Source: Auanema rhodensis (lineage: Eukaryota; Animalia; Nematoda). Taken from it: a DNA stretch of 64,000 nt. Positions 1 through 12,500 of the stretch are shown piece after piece. The notes under the pieces are model-generated. The model saw only the letters and a list, made by a program, of their open reading frames with translations. It was not told where the DNA came from and made no database searches. How positions within the stretch are numbered: the stretch's first letter is position 1; every line of letters begins with the position of its first letter. The translations under genes and the position numbers were made by a program. The stretch covers positions 8,246,001-8,310,000 of the forward strand of contig OZ059899.1 in assembly GCA_964057225.1 (NCBI GenBank), written 5' to 3'.

Positions 1-2766
1 CTTAAACGATGCAAATCGTGGAGAACTCGATGTCCTCGTATCTGGTAAGAATCAGCAAAAGCTTTACAAGCAAAACCCTGAATTTATAACCATAACATTG
101 ATAAAAAAAAATATATATATATAATTAACGTTTTCAAAATTAAACAAAATAATAAAATAAAATTTAATCTAATATTTTAGGTATTTCAGATATCATGCAT
201 GTTTCCCTCTCCCATATCTTTAATATTTATGTTATACTCTTTTCAATTTAGCATGTATTCCATTTCCTATTCCTTATTTACATGTTTATTTTTAATTTTC
301 TGCTTTTATAAATTAACTATCATACATGCTTTGAACATATTTTTTCAGATCCAAAAGGTGGCCCAGTTCCTGTTCGATGTTATAAACAACAAGATGATAG
401 TTATTGGGTTGAATTCACTCCAGAGCAAACTGGAACACATACGATTGAAGTTACATTTGGAGATGTTGCTGTATCTGGATCACCCTTCCGTTGTGAAGTT
501 GTGGATCCAAAGCAAGTTGTTGTCCGTGGAGTACCTGACAGCATTGTACTTCGTCATGCTACCACTTTTAATGGTAAAACAATCGCTGCAATGTCTCATT
601 TTCACATTGTTATTCAGTTAATCGTGGTGAAGCTGGAACTGGCGATTTGCTAGTTGATGTCACTGATCCATCAGGAACTCCATTGAAGTTAGATTTATTA
701 AAATCTCCTGGAGGGGAAGAACGATACACCTTCTTGCCTAATCAAACTGGTCCGCATAAGATAAACTTACGTATGTCTGGGTTCCAAGTTCCAGGTGAGT
801 AGTTTTAATAAATAAATTTTTATATGAAATATTCAGGTTATCCACAAACTGTTAATGTTGGAGAACAAGAATTACCAACCGTCTATGGTGCAGCTATTGA
901 TCAATCCATCAAGATCAATGAGCCAGCTAGTTTGATATTCGATCCTAAAAGTATGCACGGAGGTCTCAAAATATACGTTAATGGTCCACAAAATACTAAA
1001 ATCCATCACAACGTTATGCGTCGTCCAAACGGAACATCAGAAATCGTTTTCTATCCGGAAGAAGTTGGAATCCACAAAGTCAATATTGATTTCAACAACA
1101 AGCCTTTGAAAGGTTTCTTTAAAAATTGATTACCTAGTTCATGAAATAAATTGCAGGTAGTCCTTTCTCTGTTCAAGTAGTTGATCCATCTAAAGTTATC
1201 GTCAATGATTTGGACATGGATCGGGATGGATGTCTGCTTTTGCGATTGGGTCACAACAACATGTTTGACGTGGATGCTACGGCAGCCGGACCCGGTAAGT
1301 ATAATTTGATGAAATAGTTAAATACATAAATGTTTATCAATCAACTTGAATAGTATAAATTCATTCAGGCAAACTTCGTGCCGAAGTTCGAGATGCGGAC
1401 AACGTTTTGTTACGCGACGGTCCGGAAGTCGACGATCTCGGATACGGCAAGTATCGTGTAGCCTTCTCTCCACGTCAACCCGGACGGTATGAAAGCATCA
1501 TGTTCATGATTACAATTATAACTTTATGTTTTAGATATTCCATTTTCTTGTTCTGGAATGAATTACCAGTAGACGGAGCATATCCAGTTCGTGCTCGTTC
1601 CGGAAATGATGAATTACCCTCAACATCAAAACATACAGTGGCTCATACTCAACAAGTTGTGTCACATGGGCCATCTGGATCGACTGGAGCATCATCGTCA
1701 TCGCCTATCACCCATAAAAGGTAAACTGATTATTGAGATCATAGATTAATCTCTAAGAGAATTTAAAAATAAATAAAAGTTAATGTTCTCCTTTTCAGAG
1801 ACAAATCTAATTCATCTGCTGTTATGACTGCTTCTGCTGCTTCTAATAAGGTTTGTTGTACTTTCTTATTTTTCTAATTTATATTTGTTTAGGTTATGCA
1901 AGAGCCTAGCAATACACCAGCTGATTTGATCAATGTTGATGCCTCAACTCTGAAAATAGGAATAATCGGCGAAGAATTGAAAACTTTGATTGATACAAGA
2001 AGATCTGGACCAGGCCAACTATCAGCTCAATGCATGGGTCCTGTAAAACTAGCTTATTGTGAATTATATGATCATCGCGATGGAACCTATACTTTGAATA
2101 TTCGACCGGCTGAAGTTGGAAAACACACTCTGACTATTAAGTATAATGATGCTCATGTTCGAGGAAGTCCATTCCTTATTCATGTTTCTAATCCACCTGA
2201 TCCATCCAAGGTTCGAGTGTATGGACCTGGTGTTGAACACGGAATCCTTTCATTGTATGTTACAATCCTGTTTTTATTTTGTTTTACTATACATTTTCAG
2301 ATTTAAATCAAACTTTGTTGTTGAAACTCGTGGAGCAGGTGCTGGACAGCTGACTGTTCGAGTACGTGGTCCAAAAGGAGCATTCAATGTAGAAATGCAG
2401 CGGGAAAAGAAGAACGAACGCACAATTCATTGCAAATATGAACCAAGGGAACCTGGAGATTACCAAGTTGAAGTGAAATGGCATGGCGAGCATGTACCAG
2501 GAAGTCCATTCTTGGTGATGATTGTTGATACGGAGCAAGAATTATCCCGCTTTCTGCGAGGTGAAGCTCCATCACCATCTCCAGCAACACCATTTATTCC
2601 CCCTGGATGGGTAGGCCCTCCACCACCAATGTTTGGTGGCATGGGAGGACCTCCAGGAATGCGTGGACAACCTTATATGGTAGGATTACCATCACCAATA
2701 GGACCTATGGGCCCAATACCATATGGCGCTCCACCACCACCACGTCATAAAGGAAAATATCATTAA
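1..2766 (+). CDS. fln-2: Filamin (fln-2/jitterbug type), 3' part; 5' end lies outside the window. Exons: <1-44, 349-573, 618-794, 837-1112, 1157-1294, 1369-1486, 1535-1720, 1799-1850, 1893-2254, 2301-2766
   Basis: GT..AG introns join the exons in frame into tandem filamin Ig-like repeats (e.g. YWVEFTPEQTGTHTIEVTFGDVAVSGSPF, DHRDGTYTLNIRPAEVGKHTLTIKYNDAHVRGSPF). The last repeat, ETRGAGAGQLTVRVRGPKGAFNVEMQR...EVKWHGEHVPGSPFLVMIVDTEQEL, matches my recollection of Drosophila Jitterbug/C. elegans FLN-2. It is followed by a Pro/Gly-rich tail and TAA at 2764-2766. Orthologue assignment is from memory. Confidence 0.9.
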
Positions 2767-3211
2767 GAGAAAACAGATTATTGTTATAAACTAGTTAAAT
2801 TTTCAAAATTCTTCATATATATTATATATTATATAACTCCATTTCACATGTGATATATTATTAATTATGATAGTAATAGTAGCTCAATATACTGTCTACT
2901 TATCTTATATTTTTATTGTTTTCACAAAAACTTCATATTATACCATTACATCAAATCAATGAAATCCCTTCCATAATCTTTCTAATTACTCATCTGCCAA
3001 TTAAACCAAGAAGAAATTATTTTTGTTTTTCACTGCTCAGCCGAAATGTTTATTAGTTCATATATTCTATTTGTATATGGACATACTAGATTATATTTTT
3101 TCTTTTTTGAAATATATAAAAGATTATATTAAATATGTTTTATGAAATTATATATATGAGTGAAACAATATAATACTAAAATATCTAACAAGTACAAAAA
3201 GTTATAGAACC

Positions 3212-3512
3212 ACTGAGCGTCGTGGCGGGCGCTTGTGAGCCGGCTTCTAGGCAGTAGATGTTTGTGGATGAAGTGAGCTCAGGAGTTCTGGTTCAATTGT
3301 ATGCTACAACGACCGGGCGTCCAAGCCAAGCGTTGCGTCACCAGGGACTGACTTTCGAAAGAAAGACTGCCCCGGGTGGACAAGGAGAGGTGTAAGGCCC
3401 AGGCCCGCAAGGGAGCAAGCAAACGCCTCCGCGCGTTGCAGTGGTTGGATAGCGCCCATGAGTACTGTCTTCTGTCCAGCCTGAGCAACATCTTCAAACC
3501 AACCATCGTTTT
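3212..3512 (+). ncRNA. Metazoan SRP RNA (7SL), copy 1 of 42
   Basis: Colinear with metazoan 7SL over ~300 nt. 5' ACTGAGCGTCGTGGCGGGCGCTTGTGA compares with human GCCGGGCGCGGTGGCGCGTGCCTGTAG, and the Alu UGUNR motif is at 3234-3238. CAGGAGTTCTGG is present; helix 5 pairs GCTCAGG (3277-3283) with CCTGAGC (3480-3486). Helix 6 is CTTTC-GAAA-GAAAG (3352-3365). Helix 8 GGCCCAGGCCCGCAAGGGAGCAAG carries the SRP54-binding CAGG/AGCA loop and a GNRA tetraloop (human GGCCCAGGTCGGAAACGGAGCAGG). The 3' end CCAGCCTGAGCAACAT is followed by TTTT. Confidence 0.96.
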
Positions 3513-3520
3513 GAATTTTT
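3509..3520 (+). terminator. RNA polymerase III terminator (T4 then T5), repeated in every unit
   Basis: TTTT-GAA-TTTTT lies directly after the SRP 3' end. In units 14, 29 and 31 the second run is interrupted (TTGTT). Confidence 0.8.
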
Positions 3521-3533
3521 CAATCTCGAGCTC

Positions 3534-3563
3534 ATGTGCTGCAATTTGCGATATGTAGCACGT
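3534..3563. other. Spacer hairpin ATGTGCTGCA-N10-TGTAGCACGT (units 1-41)
   Basis: 10-bp stem (8 Watson-Crick pairs plus 2 G.U pairs on the + strand) with a 10-nt loop, extendable by CTC/GAG. Confidence 0.8.
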
Positions 3564-3581
3564 AGAGTAAGGTAGAGAACC

Positions 3582-6500
3582 ACTGAGCGTCGTGGCGGGC
3601 GCTTGTGAGCCGGCTTCTAGGCAGTAGATGTTTGTGGATGAAGTGAGCTCAGGAGTTCTGGTTCAGTTGTATGCTACAACGACCGGGCGTCCAAGCCAAG
3701 CGTTGCGTCACCAGGGACTGACTTTCGAAAGAAAGACTGCCCCGGGTGGACAAGGAGAGGTGTAAGGCCCAGGCCCGCAAGGGAGCAAGCAAAAGCCTCC
3801 GCGCGTTGCAGTGGTTGGATAGCGCCCATGAGTACTGTCTTCTGTCCAGCCTGAGCAACATCTTCAAACCAACCATCGTTTTGAATTTTTCAATCTCGAG
3901 CTCATGTGCTGCAATTTGCGATATGTAGCACGTAGAGTAAGGTAGAGAACCACTGAGCGTCGTGGCGGGCGCTTGTGAGCCGGCTTCTAGGCAGTAGATG
4001 TTTGTGGATGAAGTGAGCTCAGGAGTTCTGGTTCAGTTGTATGCTACAACGACCGGGCGTCCAAGCCAAGCGTTGCGTCACCAGGGACTGACTTTCGAAA
4101 GAAAGACTGCCCCGGGTGGACAAGGAGAGGTGTAAGGCCCAGGCCCGCAAGGGAGCAAGCAAAAGCCTCCGCGCGTTGCAGTGGTTGGATAGCGCCCATG
4201 AGTACTGTCTTCTGTCCAGCCTGAGCAACATCTTCAAACCAACCATCGTTTTGAATTTTTCAATCTCGAGCTCATGTGCTGCAATTTGCGATATGTAGCA
4301 CGTAGAGTAAGGTAGAGAACCACTGAGCGTCGTGGCGGGCGCTTGTGAGCCGGCTTCTAGGCAGTAGATGTTTGTGGATGAAGTGAGCTCAGGAGTTCTG
4401 GTTCAGTTGTATGCTACAACGACCGGGCGTCCAAGCCAAGCGTTGCGTCACCAGGGACTGACTTTCGAAAGAAAGACTGGCCTCCGCGCGTTGCAGTGGT
4501 TGGATAGCGCCCATGAGTACTGTCTTCTGTCCAGCCTGAGCAACATCTTCAAACCAACCATCGTTTTGAATTTTTCAATCTCGAGCTCATGTGCTGCAAT
4601 TTGCGATATGTAGCACGTAGAGTAAGGTAGAGAACCACTGAGCGTCGTGGCGGGCGCTTGTGAGCCGGCTTCTAGGCAGTAGATGTTTGTGGATGAAGTG
4701 AGCTCAGGAGTTCTGGTTCAGTTGTATGCTACAACGACCGGGCGTCCAAACCAAGCGTTGCGTCACCAGGGACTGACTTTCGAAAGAAAGACTGCCCCGG
4801 GTGGACAAGGAGAGGTGTAAGGCCCAGGCCCGCAAGGGAGCAAGCAAAAGCCTCCGCGCGTTGCAGTGGTTGGATAGCGCCCATGAGTACTGTCTTCTGT
4901 CCAGCCTGAGCAACATCTTCAAACCAACCATCGTTTTGAATTTTTCAATCTCGAGCTCATGTGCTGCAATTTGCGATATGTAGCACGTAGAGTAAGGTAG
5001 AGAACCACTGAGCGTCGTGGCGGGCGCTTGTGAGCCGGCTTCTAGGCAGTAGATGTTTGTGGATGAAGTGAGCTCAGGAGTTCTGGTTCAGTTGTATGCT
5101 ACAACGACCGGGCGTCCAAGCCAAGCGTTGCGTCACCAGGAACTGACTTTCGAAAGAAAGACTGCCCCGGGTGGACAAGGAGAGGTGTAAGGCCCAGGCC
5201 CGCAAGGGAGCAAGCAAAAGCCTCCGCGCGTTGCAGTGGTTGGATAGCGCCCATGAGTACTGTCTTCTGTCCAGCCTGAGCAACATCTTCAAACCAACCA
5301 TCGTTTTGAATTTTTCAATCTCGAGCTCATGTGCTGCAATTTGCGATATGTAGCACGTAGAGTAAGGTAGAGAACCACTGAGCGTCGTGGCGGGCGCTTG
5401 TGAGCCGGCTTCTAGGCAGTAGATGTTTGTGGATGAAGTGAGCTCAGGAGTTCTGGTTCAGTTGTATGCTACAACGACCGGGCGTCCAAGCCAAGCGTTG
5501 CGTCACCAGGGACTGACTTTCGAAAGAAAGACTGCCCCGGGTGGACAAGGAGAGGTGTAAGGCCCAGGCCCGCAAGGGAGCAAGCAAAAGCCTCCGCGCG
5601 TTGCAGTGGTTGGATAGCGCCCATGAGTACTGTCTTCTGTCCAGCCTGAGCAACATCTTCAAACCAACCATCGTTTTGAATTTTTCAATCTCGAGCTCAT
5701 GTGCTGCAATTCGCGATATGTAGCACGTAGAGTAAGGTAGAGAACCACTGAGCGTCGTGGCGGGCGCTTGTGAGCCGCCTTCTAGGCAGTAGATGTTTGT
5801 GGATGAAGTGAGCTCAGGAGTTCTGGTTCAGTTGTATGCTACAACGACCGGGCGTCCAAGCCAAGCGTTGCGTCACCAGGGACTGACTTTCGAAAGAAAG
5901 ACTGCCCCGGGTGGACAAGGAGAGGTGTAAGGCCCAGGCCCGCAAGGGAGCAAGCAAAAGCCTCCGCGCGTTGCAGTGGTTGGATAGCGCCCATGAGTAC
6001 TGTCTTCTGTCCAGCCTGAGCAACATCTTCAAACCAACCATCGTTTTGAATTTTTCAATCTCGAGCTCATGTGCTGCAATTTGCGATATGTAGCACGTAG
6101 AGTAAGGTAGAGAACCACTGAGCGTCGTGGCGGGCGCTTGTGAGCCGGCTTCTAGGCAGTAGATGTTTGTGGATGAAGTGAGCTCAGGAGTTCTGGTTCA
6201 GTTGTATGCTACAACGACCGGGCGTCCAAGCCAAGCGTTGCGTCACCAGGGACGGACTTTCGAAAGAAAGACTGCCCCGGGTGGACAAGGAGAGGTGTAA
6301 GGCCCAGGCCCGCAAGGGAGCAAGCAAAAGCCTCCGCGCGTTGCAGTGGTTGGATAGCGCCCATGAGTACTGTCTTCTGTCCAGCCTGAGCAACATCTTC
6401 AAACCAACCATCGTTTTGAATTTTTCAATCTCGAGCTCATGTGCTGCAATTTGCGATATGTAGCACGTAGAGTAAGGTAGAGAACCACTGAGCGTCGTGG

Positions 6501-9500
6501 CGGGCGCTTGTGAGCCGGCTTCTAGGCAGTAGATGTTTGTGGATGAAGTGAGCTCAGGAGTTCTGGTTCAGTTGTATGCTACAACGACCGGGCGTCCAAG
6601 CCAAGCGTTGCGTCACCAGGGACTGACTTTCGAAAGAAAGACTGCCCCGGGTGGACAAGGAGAGGTGTAAGGCCCAGGCCCGCAAGGGAGCAAGCAAAAG
6701 CCTCCGCGCGTTGCAGTGGTTGGATAGCGCCCATGAGTACTGTCTTCTGTCCAGCCTGAGCAACATCTTCAAACCAACCATCGTTTTGAATTTTTCAATC
6801 TCGAGCTCATGTGCTGCAATTTGCGATATGTAGCACGTAGAGTAAGGTAGAGAACCACTGAGCGTCGTGGCGGGCGCTTGTGAGCCGGCTTCTAGGCAGT
6901 AGATGTTTGTGGATGAAGTGAGCTCAGGAGTTCTGGTTCAGTTGTATGCTACAACGACCGGGCGTCCAAGCCAAGCGTTGCGTCACCAGGGACTGACTTT
7001 CGAAAGAAAGACTGCCCCGGGTGGACAAGGAGAGGTGTAAGGCCCAGGCCCGCAAGGGAGCAAGCAAAAGCCTCCGCGCGTTGCAGTGGTTGGATAGCGC
7101 CCATGAGTACTGTCTTCTGTCCAGCCTGAGCAACATCTTCAAACCAACCATCGTTTTGAATTTTTCAATCTCGAGCTCATGTGCTGCAATTTGCGATATG
7201 TAGCACGTAGAGTAAGGTAGAGAACCACTGAGCGTCGTGGCGGGCGCTTGTGAGCCGGCTTCTAGGCAGTAGATGTTTGTGGATGAAGTGAGCTCAGGAG
7301 TTCTGGTTCAGTTGTATGCTACAACGACCGGGCGTCCAAGCCAAGCGTTGCGTCACCAGGGACTGACTTTCGAAAGAAAGACTGCCCCGGGTGGACAAGG
7401 AGAGGTGTAAGGCCCAGGCCCGCAAGGGAGCAAGCAAAAGCCTCCGCGCGTTGCAGTGGTTGGATAGCGCCCATGAGTACTGTCTTCTGTCCAGCCTGAG
7501 CAACATCTTCAAACCAACCATCGTTTTGAATTTTTCAATCTCGAGCTCATGTGCTGCAATTTGCGATATGTAGCACGTAGAGTAAGGTAGAGAACCACTG
7601 AGCGTCGTGGCGGGCGCTTGTGAGCCGGCTTCTAGGCAGTAGATGTTTGTGGATGAAGTGAGTTCAGGAGTTCTGGTTCAGTTGTATGCTACAACGACCG
7701 GGCGTCCAAGCCAAGCGTTGCGTCACCAGGGACTGACTTTCGAAAGAAAGACTGCCCCGGGTGGACAAGGAGAGGTGTAAGGCCCAGGCCCGCAAGGGAG
7801 CAAGCAAAAGCCTCCGCGCGTTGCAGTGGTTGGATAGCGCCCATGAGTACTGTCTTCTGTCCAGCCTGAGCAACATCTTCAAACCAACCATCGTTTTGAA
7901 TTTTTCAATCTCGAGCTCATGTGCTGCAATTTGCGATATGTAGCACGTAGAGTAAGGTAGAGAACCACTGAGCGTCGTGGCGGGCGCTTGTGAGCCGGCT
8001 TCTAGGCAGTAGATGTTTGTGGATGAAGTGAGTTCAGGAGTTCTGGTTCAGTTGTATGCTACAACGACCGGGCGTCCAAGCCAAGCGTTGCGTCACCAGG
8101 GACTGACTTTCGAAAGAAAGACTGCCCCGGGTGGACAAGGAGAGGTGTAAGGCCCAGGCCCGCAAGGGAGCAAGCAAAAGCCTCCGCGCGTTGCAGTGGT
8201 TGGATAGCGCCCATGAGTACTGTCTTCTGTCCAGCCTGAGCAACATCTTCAAACCAACCATCGTTTTGAATTGTTCAATCTCGAGCTCATGTGCTGCAAT
8301 TTGCGATATGTAGCACGTAGAGTAAGGTAGAGAACCACTGAGCGTCGTGGCGGGCGCTTGTGAGCCGGCTTCTAGGCAGTAGATGTTTGTGGATGAAGTG
8401 AGCTCAGGAGTTCTGGTTCAGTTGTATGCTACAACGACCGGGCGTCCAAGCCAAGCGTTGCGTCACCAGGGACTGACTTTCGAAAGAAAGACTGCCCCGG
8501 GTGGACAAGGAGAGGTGTAAGGCCCAGGCCCGCAAGGGAGCAAGCAAAAGCCTCCTCGCGTTGCAGTGGTTGGATAGCGCCCATGAGTACTGTCTTCTGT
8601 CCAGCCTGAGCAACATCTTCAAACCAACCATCGTTTTGAATTTTTCAATCTCGAGCTCATGTGCTGCAATTCGCGATATGTAGCACGTAGAGTAAGGTAG
8701 AGAACCACTGAGCGTCGTGGCGGGCGCTTGTGAGCCGGCTTCTAGGCAGTAGATGTTTGTGGATGAAGTGAGTTCAGGAGTTCTGGTTCAGTTGTATGCT
8801 ACAACGACCGGGCGTCCAAGCCAAGCGTTGCGTCACCAGGGACTGACTTTCGAAAGAAAGACTGCCCCGGGTGGACAAGGAGAGGTGTAAGGCCCAGGCC
8901 CGCAAGGGAGCAAGCAAAAGCCTCCGCGCGTTGCAGTGGTTGGATAGCGCCCATGAGTACTGTCTTCTGTCCAGCCTGAGCAACATCTTCAAACCAACCA
9001 TCGTTTTGAATTTTTCAATCTCGAGCTCATGTGCTGCAATTTGCGATATGTAGCACGTAGAGTAAGGTAGAGAACCACTGAGCGTCGTGGCGGGCGCTTG
9101 TGAGCCGGCTTCTAGGCAGTAGATGTTTGTGGATGAAGTGAGCTCAGGAGTTCTGGTTCAGTTGTATGCTACAACGACCGGGCGTCCAAGCCAAGCGTTG
9201 CGTCACCAGGGACTGACTTTCGAAAGAAAGACTGCCCCGGGTGGACAAGGAGAGGTGTAAGGCCCAGGCCCGCAAGGGAGCAAGCAAAAGCCTCCGCGCG
9301 TTGCAGTGGTTGGATAGCGCCCATGAGTACTGTCTTCTGTCCAGCCTGAGCAACATCTTCAAACCAACCATCGTTTTGAATTTTTCAATCTCGAGCTCAT
9401 GTGCTGCAATTTGCGATATGTAGCACGTAGAGTAAGGTAGAGAACCACTGAGCGTCGTGGCGGGCGCTTGTGAGCCGGCTTCTAGGCAGTAGATGTTTGT

Positions 9501-12500
9501 GGATGAAGTGAGTTCAGGAGTTCTGGTTCAGTTGTATGCTACAACGACCGGGCGTCCAAGCCAAGCGTTGCGTCACCAGGGACTGACTTTCGAAAGAAAG
9601 ACTGCCCCGGGTGGACAAGGAGAGGTGTAAGGCCCAGGCCCGCAAGGGAGCAAGCAAAAGCCTCCGCGCGTTGCAGTGGTTGGATAGCGCCCATGAGTAC
9701 TGTCTTCTGTCCAGCCTGAGCAACATCTTCAAACCAACCATCGTTTTGAATTTTTCAATCTCGAGCTCATGTGCTGCAATTTGCGATATGTAGCACGTAG
9801 AGTAAGGTAGAGAACCACTGAGCGTCGTGGCGGGCGCTTGTGAGCCGGCTTCTAGGCAGTAGATGTTTGTGGATGAAGTGAGCTCAGGAGTTCTGGTTCA
9901 GTTGTATGCTACAACGACCGGGCGTCCAAGCCAAGCGTTGCGTCACCAGGGACTGACTTTCGAAAGAAAGACTGCCCCGGGTGGACAAGGAGAGGTGTAA
10001 GGCCCAGGCCCGCAAGGGAGCAAGCAAAAGCCTCCGCGCGTTGCAGTGGTTGGATAGCGCCCATGAGTACTGTCTTCTGTCCAGCCTGAGCAACATCTTC
10101 AAACCAACCATCGTTTTGAATTTTTCAATCTCGAGCTCATGTGCTGCAATTCGCGATATGTAGCACGTAGAGTAAGGTAGAGAACCACTGAGCGTCGTGG
10201 CGGGCGCTTGTGAGCCGGCTTCTAGGCAGTAGATGTTTGTGGATGAAGTGAGTTCAGGAGTTCTGGTTCAGTTGTATGCTACAACGACCGGGCGTCCAAG
10301 CCAAGCGTTGCGTCACCAGGGACTGACTTTCGAAAGAAAGACTGCCCCGGGTGGACAAGGAGAGGTGTAAGGCCCAGGCCCGCAAGGGAGCAAGCAAAAG
10401 CCTCCGCGCGTTGCAGTGGTTGGATAGCGCCCATGAGTACTGTCTTCTGTCCAGCCTGAGCAACATCTTCAAACCAACCATCGTTTTGAATTTTTCAATC
10501 TCGAGCTCATGTGCTGCAGTTTGCGATATGTAGCACGTAGAGTAAGGTAGAGAACCACTGAGCGTCGTGGCGGGCGCTTGTGAGCCGGCTTCTAGGCAGT
10601 AGATGTTTGTGGATGAAGTGAGTTCAGGAGTTCTGGTTCAGTTGTATGCTACAACGACCGGGCGTCCAAGCCAAACGTTGCGTCACCAGGGACTGACTTT
10701 CGAAAGAAAGACTGCCCCGGGTGGACAAGGAGAGGTGTAAGGCCCAGGCCCGCAAGGGAGCAAGCAAAAGCCTCCGCGCGTTGCAGTGGTTGGATAGCGC
10801 CCATGAGTACTGTCTTCTGTCCAGCCTGAGCAACATCTTCAAACCAACCATCGTTTTGAATTTTTCAATCTCGAGCTCATGTGCTGCAATTCGCGATATG
10901 TAGCACGTAGAGTAAGGTAGAGAACCACTGAGCGTCGTGGCGGGCGCTTGTGAGCCGCCTTCTAGGCAGTAGATGTTTGTGGATGAAGTGAGCTCAGGAG
11001 TTCTGGTTCAGTTGTATGCTACAACGACCGGGCGTCCAAGCCAAGCGTTGCGTCACCAGGGACTGACTTTCGAAAGAAAGACTGCCCCGGGTGGACAAGG
11101 AGAGGTGTAAGGCCCAGGCCCGCAAGGGAGCAAGCAAAAGCCTCCGCGCGTTGCAGTGGTTGGATAGCGCCCATGAGTACTGTCTTCTGTCCAGCCTGAG
11201 CAACATCTTCAAACCAACCATCGTTTTGAATTTTTCAATCTCGAGCTCATGTGCTGCAATTTGCGATATGTAGCACGTAGAGTAAGGTAGAGAACCACTG
11301 AGCGTCGTGGCGGGCGCTTGTGAGCCGGCTTCTAGGCAGTAGATGTTTGTGGATGAAGTGAGCTCAGGAGTTCTGGTTCAGTTGTATGCTACAACGACCG
11401 GGCGTCCAAGCCAAGCGTTGCGTCACCAGGGACGGACTTTCGAAAGAAAGACTGCCCCGGGTGGACAAGGAGAGGTGTAAGGCCCAGGCCCGCAAGGGAG
11501 CAAGCAAAAGCCTCCGCGCGTTGCAGTGGTTGGATAGCGCCCATGAGTACTGTCTTCTGTCCAGCCTGAGCAACATCTTCAAACCAACCATCGTTTTGAA
11601 TTTTTCAATCTCGAGCTCATGTGCTGCAATTTGCGATATGTAGCACGTAGAGTAAGGTAGAGAACCACTGAGCGTCGTGGCGGGCGCTTGTGAGCCGGCT
11701 TCTAGGCAGTAGATGTTTGTGGATGAAGTGAGCTCAGGAGTTCTGGTTCAGTTGTATGCTACAACGACCGGGCGTCCAAGCCAAGCGTTGCGTCACCAGG
11801 GACTGACTTTCGAAAGAAAGACTGCCCCGGGTGGACAAGGAGAGGTGTAAGGCCCAGGCCCGCAAGGGAGCAAGCAAAAGCCTCCGCGCGTTGCAGTGGT
11901 TGGATAGCGCCCATGAGTACTGTCTTCTGTCCAGCCTGAGCAACATCTTCAAACCAACCATCGTTTTGAATTTTTCAATCTCGAGCTCATGTGCTGCAAT
12001 TTGCGATATGTAGCACGTAGAGTAAGGTAGAGAACCACTGAGCGTCGTGGCGGGCGCTTGTGAGCCGGCTTCTAGGCAGTAGATGTTTGTGGATGAAGTG
12101 AGCTCAGGAGTTCTGGTTCAGTTGTATGCTACAACGACCGGGCGTCCAAGCCAAGCGTTGCGTCACCAGGGACTGACTTTCGAAAGAAAGACTGCCCCGG
12201 GTGGACAAGGAGAGGTGTAAGGCCCAGGCCCGCAAGGGAGCAAGCAAAAGCCTCCGCGCGTTGCAGTGGTTGGATAGCGCCCATGAGTACTGTCTTCTGT
12301 CCAGCCTGAGCAACATCTTCAAACCAACCATCGTTTTGAATTTTTCAATCTCGAGCTCATGTGCTGCAATTTGCGATATGTAGCACGTAGAGTAAGGTAG
12401 AGAACCACTGAGCGTCGTGGCGGGCGCTTGTGAGCCGGCTTCTAGGCAGTAGATGTTTGTGGATGAAGTGAGCTCAGGAGTTCTGGTTCAGTTGTATGCT

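Noticed and set aside
199-621. 140-aa ORF in the ORF track
   Set aside because: It begins in an intron and reads the filamin exon out of frame. The real frame is DPKGGPVPVRCYKQQ....
3531-3575. Helitron 3' end (hairpin plus CTRR) as the cause of the array
   Set aside because: The hairpin is not followed by CTRR at the expected distance on either strand, and there is no Rep/helicase gene in the window.
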